64,000 nucleotides of DNA from an uncultured Desulfatitalea sp. (GTDB taxonomy: Bacteria > Desulfobacterota > Desulfobacteria > Desulfobacterales > Desulfosarcinaceae). The notes under the pieces were generated by a model. The model made no database searches and had not been told where the DNA came from. It worked only from the letters and a program-made list of their open reading frames with translations. A program made the translations under genes and the position numbers. Each line of letters starts with the position of its first letter. Position 1 is the stretch's first letter. The stretch lies in NCBI GenBank assembly GCA_963668675.2, contig CAXXMB010000002.1:960001-1024000 (forward strand), written 5' to 3'. Of this stretch, positions 58,035 through 64,000 are shown one piece after another.

Positions 58035-61000
58035 TTGACATTCGTGTCGGCCAACTGGCCCAGAAACTGGGCGTCCATCGCAACACCATCAGCAACTGGA
58101 TCAAGAGTGGCAAACTCAAGGCGACCCCTACGGTCGGCAAACGCTATCTCATCCCGGAAGAGGAGTTCACCCACTTCTGCCAGTCGGTGGGAGTTCCTGA
58201 ACCGACGCTTGAGTCGATCCTGACACCGGCGGCACCCGTCGCACAAAGCCCAGAGCCCACCCCGGCCCCATTGGCCAAATCGGCTGCCAAGTCCAAAAAT
58301 CCCATCGGTGCCGTCATGGTGGTGGGAGGAGGCATCGCCGGTATTCAGGCCAGCCTCGACCTGGCCAACTCAGGGTATGCCGTCCACTTGATCGAACGCA
58401 GCGCCGGCATCGGCGGTGTGATGGCCCAGTTGGACAAGACCTACCCGACCAACGACTGCGCTATGTGAATTATTTCGCCCAAGTTGGTCGAGTGCGGTCG
58501 GCACTTGAATATTACGCTCCATACCTTGTCAGAAGTGGTCGGTTTCGATGGCCAAGCCGGCAATTTCTCCGTTACTCTCAAAAAGCATCCCCGTTACATC
58601 CATGAGGATAAATGCATCGCCTGCGGGGCGTGTGCAGAGAAGTGCCCCAAAAAGGTCCCCAACGAATTCAACATGGGGTTGGACAAACGTAAGGCCGCCT
58701 ATATCCAGTACGGCCAGGCCGTACCTTTGAAATACGCCATCGACCCGGAGGCGTGCATCTATCTGACCCGCGGCAAATGCCGCGCCTGCGAAAAATTCTG
58801 CCCCACCGGCGCCATCAATTTCGAAGACCGGGAGGAGATGGTCCAGCTGCAGGTCGGTTCGATGATTCTGGCGCCCGGATATCGCCCCTTCGATCCCACC
58901 GGCTGGGATTTCTATGGCTATGGCCGCATCACCGATGTGGTCACCAGCATCGAATATGAACGGCTGCTGTCAGCCGGCGGCCCCTGCATGGGCCACGTGG
59001 TGCGCCCCTCGGACGAGACCGAGCCGAAAAAGGTTGCCTGGATCCAGTGCGTCGGTTCGCGCAACACCAACCGCTGCGAAAACGGCTACTGTTCGAGCGT
59101 CTGCTGCATGTACGCCATCAAACAGACACTGATCACTGCCGAGCACGCCAACGGCGAACCGGTCGAGCAGACCGTCTTCTATATGGACATGCGCAGCCCC
59201 GGCAAGGAGTTCGAACGCTACTACGAAAGCGCCAAAGCCAAGGGCATCCGTTTCCTGCGCAGCCGGCCCCACACCATCGAACCGGGTCCGGCTGGCAGCG
59301 GCGTTCGCATGCGCTACGTCACCGAGAACGGCGACTCCCTTGAGGAGGATTTCGACCTGGCGGTCCTCTCGGTGGGACTGGAGCCGGCCGAAGGGGCTCG
59401 TGAGCTTGCCGATACCGTGGGCATCGAGCTGGACGAGTTCGGATTTGCCCGTTCATCCAATCTATCACCGGTTCAAAGCAGCCGCCAGGGCGTCTTCGTG
59501 ACCGGCGCCTTCCAGGCCCCTAAAGCGATTCCCCGGTCGGTGACCCAGGCTTCGGCCGCAGCGGCCGCGGCCGCCGAATCTCTGCATGCGGTCCGGGGCG
59601 CGCTCACCCGGAAAAAAACCTATCCAGCGGAGAGTGAAATCGGTCTCCAGGCGCCACGCATCGGTGTCTTCGTCTGCTCGTGCGGCATCAATATCGCCGG
59701 TATCATCGATGTCAAAGCGCTGGTCGAATATGCCCAAGGGCTGCCCAACGTTGCCCTGGTGGAGAACAACCTCTTCACCTGCTCGGCTGACACCCAGGAG
59801 ATGATTGCCGACCGCATCAAGGAGCACCGACTCAACCGCATCGTCATCGCCGCCTGCACACCACGCACCCATGAGGCGCTCTTCCAGGACACCCTCAAGG
59901 AGGCCGGCCTCAACGGCTATCTGGTCGAGATGGCCAACATCCGCAACCAGAACGCCTGGGTGCACCAGCGCGAACCGGAACGGGCAACGGCCAAAGCAAA
60001 GGACCAGATCCACATGGCAGTGGCCAAAGCGGGCCTGATCGATCCGCTGCAGAACCTCTCCATTCCGGTCGTCCAGAAGGCGCTGGTCATTGGCGGCGGA
60101 GTGGCCGGCATGACCGCAGCCCTGGGGCTGGCCGAGCAGGGCTATCCCACCGTGCTGCTGGAGCGCGGCGACCGCCTGGGCGGCAACGCCTGGCACGTGG
60201 CCACCACGGCCAAAAACGAGCCCGTGTGGCCCTGGCTCGAACAGTTGGTCCAGCGGGTCCAGCGGAACGAACGGATCAAGGTGATGACCAATGCCCGTTT
60301 GAAAACAGCCGTCGGATCGGTGGGCAGCTTCGTCAGCAAGGTCGAAATGGGTGGTGAAACCAGTGCCGTCACTTACGGCGCCGCCATCCTGGCCACAGGT
60401 GCCTCCGAGAGCCGGCCGAACGAATACCTCTATAGCGAGGATCCGCGCGTTATGACGCAGCTGGAACTGGATGACCGCCTCACTGGGGATGCCGATCATT
60501 TCAAGTCCATCAACAGCATGGCTTTCATTCAATGCGTGGGCTCGCGCAATCGTCAACGCCCCTACTGCTCCCGCATCTGCTGCACCCAAACCATGCGCAA
60601 CGCCATACGGCTCAAAGAGATCAATCCCAGGATGAATGTCTACGTTCTCTTCCGTGATATCCGCACCTACGGCAAGCGCGAAACACTCTACCAGAAAGCA
60701 CGCGAGCTGGGCGTGATCTTCATCCGCTACACCCTCGAAGAGAAACCCCTGGTGTCGGCCGGCAAGAAGCGGCTAACCGTTGCATGCAGTGATCCGATCC
60801 TGCAGATGCCGCTGGAGCTGAAGGTCGACCACCTGGTGCTCGCGGCCGCCATCGACGCCAACCCCACCGATGAGTTGGTGGCGCTGTTCAAGTGCGGCGT
60901 TAACGCTGACGGTTTCCTCACCGAAGCCCACCCCAAGCTGCGACCGGTGGACATGTCGGTGGATGGCCTCTTCGTCTGCGGCATGGCCAACTATCCCCAG

Positions 61001-61336
61001 CCCATCGAGGAGAGCCTGGCCCAGGCCCAGGCGGCCGTCTCCAGAGCCAGTGTGGTGCTGGCCCAGGAGGAGATGCAGCTCGACGCCATCAAATCCACCG
61101 TCACCGAAAAGTGCGACGGCTGCGCGCTCTGTGTGGACGTCTGCCCCTACAGAGCCATCCGGCTGGTGGAAGAGGAGGGCGGCGACGGCCGCAAAACGAA
61201 GAGAATCGCCACCGATCCGGCCCTGTGCAAGGGCTGCGGCCTGTGTGCCGCCACCTGCCCCAAGGGTGGGGTCGAGGTCAACGGCTTTACACTGGACCAA
61301 CTGCGCGCCCAGGTTGCCGCAGCACTGGCTGCCTGA
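58031..61336 (+). CDS. hdrA: HdrA-like flavo-iron-sulfur selenoprotein (1101 aa, Sec146) with N-terminal excisionase-type HTH
   Basis: ORFs 57962-58468 and 58484-61336 share a frame across TGA 58466-58468: [24 protein letters not shown]; two GGGXAG FAD motifs, QCVGSR..YCS..CC twice, ferredoxin motifs. Confidence 0.9.
58488..58508 (+). promoter_or_regulatory. Candidate bacterial SECIS hairpin (hdrA)
   Basis: TCGAGTGC-GGTCG-GCACTTGA stem-loop about 20 nt after the UGA; G-containing loop. Confidence 0.65.
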
Positions 61337-61372
61337 TCGCAGCCATCACTATCGACATCAAAAGGAGTCCGC

Positions 61373-61804
61373 ATGAAAGCAACCTATGAACCCGCCATCG
61401 TAGGATTTCTCTGCAACTGGTGCGCCTATGCCGGGGGGGATCTGGCCGGCGTCTCCCGGCTGCAATACCCGACCAACCTTCGGGCGGTGCGCGTCATGTG
61501 CTCGGGCATGGTGCACCCCGACCTGGTGGTCGAGGCGTTCAACCGCGGCGCCGATGGCGTCATCATCATGGGCTGACATCTGGGTGAATGCCATTACCTG
61601 GACGGTAATCACAAAGCCCTGGCCCGCGCCCAAGTCATCCGCATCATCCTAGAAGATACCGGTATCGACCCGGATCGATTCGCCATCGAATGGGTCTCCT
61701 CGGCCGAAGCGCCCCGGTTTGCCGAAGTGGTGACCCGCTTTACCGAACGGATACGCGAACTCGGACCCAACCCGTTGGCCAAAACGGCGGCGCTTGCCAA
61801 CTAA
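61373..61804 (+). CDS. mvhD: MvhD/FlpD [2Fe-2S] subunit, selenoprotein (143 aa, Sec68)
   Basis: FLCNWCAYAGGD, RVMCSG, GADGVIIMG-U-HLGECHY (normally GCH.G.CHY); frame continues to WVSSAEAPRF...LGPNPL, TAA 61802-61804. Confidence 0.92.
61593..61609 (+). promoter_or_regulatory. Candidate bacterial SECIS hairpin (mvhD)
   Basis: ATTACC-TGGAC-GGTAAT, 16 nt after the UGA. Confidence 0.65.
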
Positions 61805-61847
61805 ACCAAAACCGCCCGGCAAGCAGATCGAACGAGGAATAGCAACG

Positions 61848-62966
61848 ATGAAAACTTTCTTCCATCTGATCCAAGAGATTCAAAAGACCGGCCTGTGCCA
61901 CCGCTGCGGCGGGTGCGTCACTTTCTGCACGGCCGTCAACTACGGCGCTCTGAAAATCGACGATGATGGCAAACCCGGCTACGAAGATATCGAGAAGTGC
62001 ATCGAGTGCGGACTGTGTTACGCCATCTGTCCGGAGATCGACGAACTCGAAGAGGAGACCAAACGGCGGGCCAACTGGAGCCAGCCCATGGGTCGCATCA
62101 TCGAAACATCCGTGGCCCGCTCGACCGACCCAGCCATCCAGGCCAAGGCCACCGACGGCGGCGTGGTCACGGGGCTGCTGCTGCACCTGTTCGACCGAGG
62201 CCGCATCGACGGCGCCATCGTGACCCGGCAGACCGGCCCGTTCCAGCGTGCGCCCTTCCTGGCCACCACCCGGGAAGAGATCATATCGGCCGCCGGTTTC
62301 TTCTTCGACACCTCCCAGGGCATGAAGCAGTTCAGCGAGCAGTACATGACCTATGCCTCCATCGAAGAGTTCGACCCGATGGTCAAAAAGGGGCTGAAGC
62401 GTGTGGCCCTGGTCGGCACACCGTGCCAGATCAACTCCGTGCGGCGCATGCAGGCCCTCGAACTGCTGCCCTCCGACGCCATCAAGCTCTGCCTGGGACT
62501 CTTCTGTTCGGGCAACTTTGTCTTCGGGGCGTCCGAGCGGGCCAAGCTCGCCGAAATCGGCGGCTTCTCCTGGGACGAGGTGCGCAAGGTCAACATCAAA
62601 GAGTCTCTGCTGTTGCACCTGAAGTCAGGCAAGACCGCCTCCATCGACCTGGACGACCTCTACGCCATTCGGCGTTTCGCCTGCCAGTTCTGTACCGATT
62701 ATGCGGCCGAATTTGCCGACATCTCCTTCGGCGGCATCGGCGCGGCCGAAGGATGGACCACTGTCATGGCGCGCACGCCCCTGGGACGGGCCGCACTGGC
62801 GGACGCGAAGAGCGCCAGAATGGTCGAAGAGTTCAACTACAGGGACAACCCCAGCTACGTGACCGACGCACTCAACCTCGTTCGTTCCTGGTCGTCGAAA
62901 AAGAAGAAAAAAGCACGCCACAACCGACGCGGGCTGAACACCAGCTCCGTCTCGTTCAACATGTAG
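61848..62966 (+). CDS. FrhB/FdhB-like flavoprotein with N-terminal 2x[4Fe-4S] domain
   Basis: CHRCGGCVTFC, CIECGLCYAICP, ATDGGVVTGLL, VGTPCQ, GLFC, CQFCTD, ADISFGGIG..GWT. Confidence 0.88.
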   Translation: MKTFFHLIQEIQKTGLCHRCGGCVTFCTAVNYGALKIDDDGKPGYEDIEKCIECGLCYAICPEIDELEEETKRRANWSQPMGRIIETSVARSTDPAIQAKATDGGVVTGLLLHLFDRGRIDGAIVTRQTGPFQRAPFLATTREEIISAAGFFFDTSQGMKQFSEQYMTYASIEEFDPMVKKGLKRVALVGTPCQINSVRRMQALELLPSDAIKLCLGLFCSGNFVFGASERAKLAEIGGFSWDEVRKVNIKESLLLHLKSGKTASIDLDDLYAIRRFACQFCTDYAAEFADISFGGIGAAEGWTTVMARTPLGRAALADAKSARMVEEFNYRDNPSYVTDALNLVRSWSSKKKKKARHNRRGLNTSSVSFNM

Positions 62967-63016
62967 ATTAAATTCATACACTTAATCCCCCGCAGTGCGG
63001 GGCGAAGGAATCCGTC

Positions 63017-63943
63017 ATGACCGTAAAAGTCGCAAGCGAATGGCTCAACTCCTGCTCGGGATGTGAAATCTCCATTATCGATATGGGCGAACGCCTGCTG
63101 GAGGTGCTGAAAGTGGCCGAGTTCGTCCATCTCCCGGCCCTCATGGACCACAAGTACTTCGGACAGTTGGGAGACGGCAAACAGATCGAGATCCCCCAAG
63201 CCGACGTGGGGATCATCAGCGGCGGCGTGCGCAACGAGGAGCATGTGGAGGTGGCCGAAGCCATGCGCAAAAGCTGCAACATCATCATCGCCCTGGGCAC
63301 CTGTGCCACCCACGGCGGCATCCCCGCCCTGGCCAACGCCTACACCAAAGAGCAGATCTTCCAGCGCTACTACCACACCGAGACCACCGACGTCCCGGAA
63401 GCGTATCCCAATGAAGGCCTGCCGCCGCTGCTCGACAGCTGCATGGCCCTGGACGAGAAAATCAAGGTCGATATCTACATGCCCGGTTGCCCGCCGCACC
63501 CGGACCACGTCTTCTCCGCCCTGGTCGCCCTGGTCGAAGGCCGGCCACTCGCACTACCGGAAAAGAGCGTCTGTGACACCTGCCCCACCCGCAGAGAGGG
63601 CAAAGGGAAAGTCGACACCGTGCGGCGCTTTCTCCATACACCCGAATATGGAGCGCCGGACGAGCCCCTCGACCAGATGCGCTGCCTGCTCGAACAGGGC
63701 TATGTCTGCATGGGGCCGGTAACCCGGGCCGGATGCGGCGGCGACGGCATCGTGCCGCGCTGCATCTCGGCGCGCGTCCCCTGCCGCGGCTGCTACGGGC
63801 CGGTACAGCCCAACGGCAACCAGCGCCTCGACATGCTCAACGCCCTGGCCTCCAACGGGATCGACATCAGCACACTGCCCGAAAGCGCCTCCATGCTTCG
63901 CTTTTCCGGAGCACACGGCAGATTGAAGCCGAAACGCAGTTAG
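63017..63943 (+). CDS. mvhG: MvhG-like group 3 [NiFe]-hydrogenase small subunit
   Basis: NSCSGCEIS, GTCATHGGIP, PGCPP, SVCDTC, CLLEQGYVCMGPVTRAGC, PCRGC. Confidence 0.9.
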   Translation: MTVKVASEWLNSCSGCEISIIDMGERLLEVLKVAEFVHLPALMDHKYFGQLGDGKQIEIPQADVGIISGGVRNEEHVEVAEAMRKSCNIIIALGTCATHGGIPALANAYTKEQIFQRYYHTETTDVPEAYPNEGLPPLLDSCMALDEKIKVDIYMPGCPPHPDHVFSALVALVEGRPLALPEKSVCDTCPTRREGKGKVDTVRRFLHTPEYGAPDEPLDQMRCLLEQGYVCMGPVTRAGCGGDGIVPRCISARVPCRGCYGPVQPNGNQRLDMLNALASNGIDISTLPESASMLRFSGAHGRLKPKRS

Positions 63944-64000
63944 AGTTCGAAGTGAAGCGGTGAAAGTGAAGGGACCTCGCCGAACCAGTTCACATAACGC

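Noticed and set aside
57962..58468. Separate short HTH gene plus pseudogenised hdrA; likewise a 67-aa mvhD
   Set aside because: In-frame UGA at conserved Cys positions with downstream hairpins indicates selenocysteine

Overview
64 kb of bacterial chromosome with mostly high-GC coding sequence. The gene content (HdrA/MvhD selenoproteins, sigma54 activator, octaheme cytochrome, anaerobic beta-oxidation) points to a Desulfobacterota/Desulfobacterales-type anaerobe; this is an inference. Housekeeping and metabolic blocks: ftsH; aroF-aroB; a tandem-USP/HDAC fusion operon; a TetR-linked beta-oxidation operon; uppP; a radical SAM + NitT/TauT-type ABC operon; HAO-like octaheme cytochrome, sodC and a gatZ-like gene; a VWA-OmpA protein; a Pst-like ABC transporter; HMG-CoA lyase; a class III aminotransferase + ALDH7; cls; and a sigma54-type hydrogenase/HdrA-MvhD-FrhB-MvhG operon running off the right end. 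Signals the ORF track misses or splits: (1) a complete Trp-codon leader-peptide attenuator upstream of aroF-aroB; (2) two UGA-selenocysteine read-through genes, one an HdrA-like protein fused to an N-terminal excisionase-type HTH; (3) a decayed, AT-richer island (about 42.4-48.2 kb) with two attC-like sites bracketing a MazF/RHH toxin-antitoxin cassette, a group IIC intron 3' remnant, a poly-G frameshifted amidase and a deleted serine hydrolase; (4) a two-copy MITE-like element and other REP-like repeats; (5) a 51-aa zinc-ribbon ORF, a Tat-signal gene start, and an MFS gene apparently starting at ATC. No rRNA, tRNA or CRISPR array was recognised. All calls are by eye from motifs; no database search was run.
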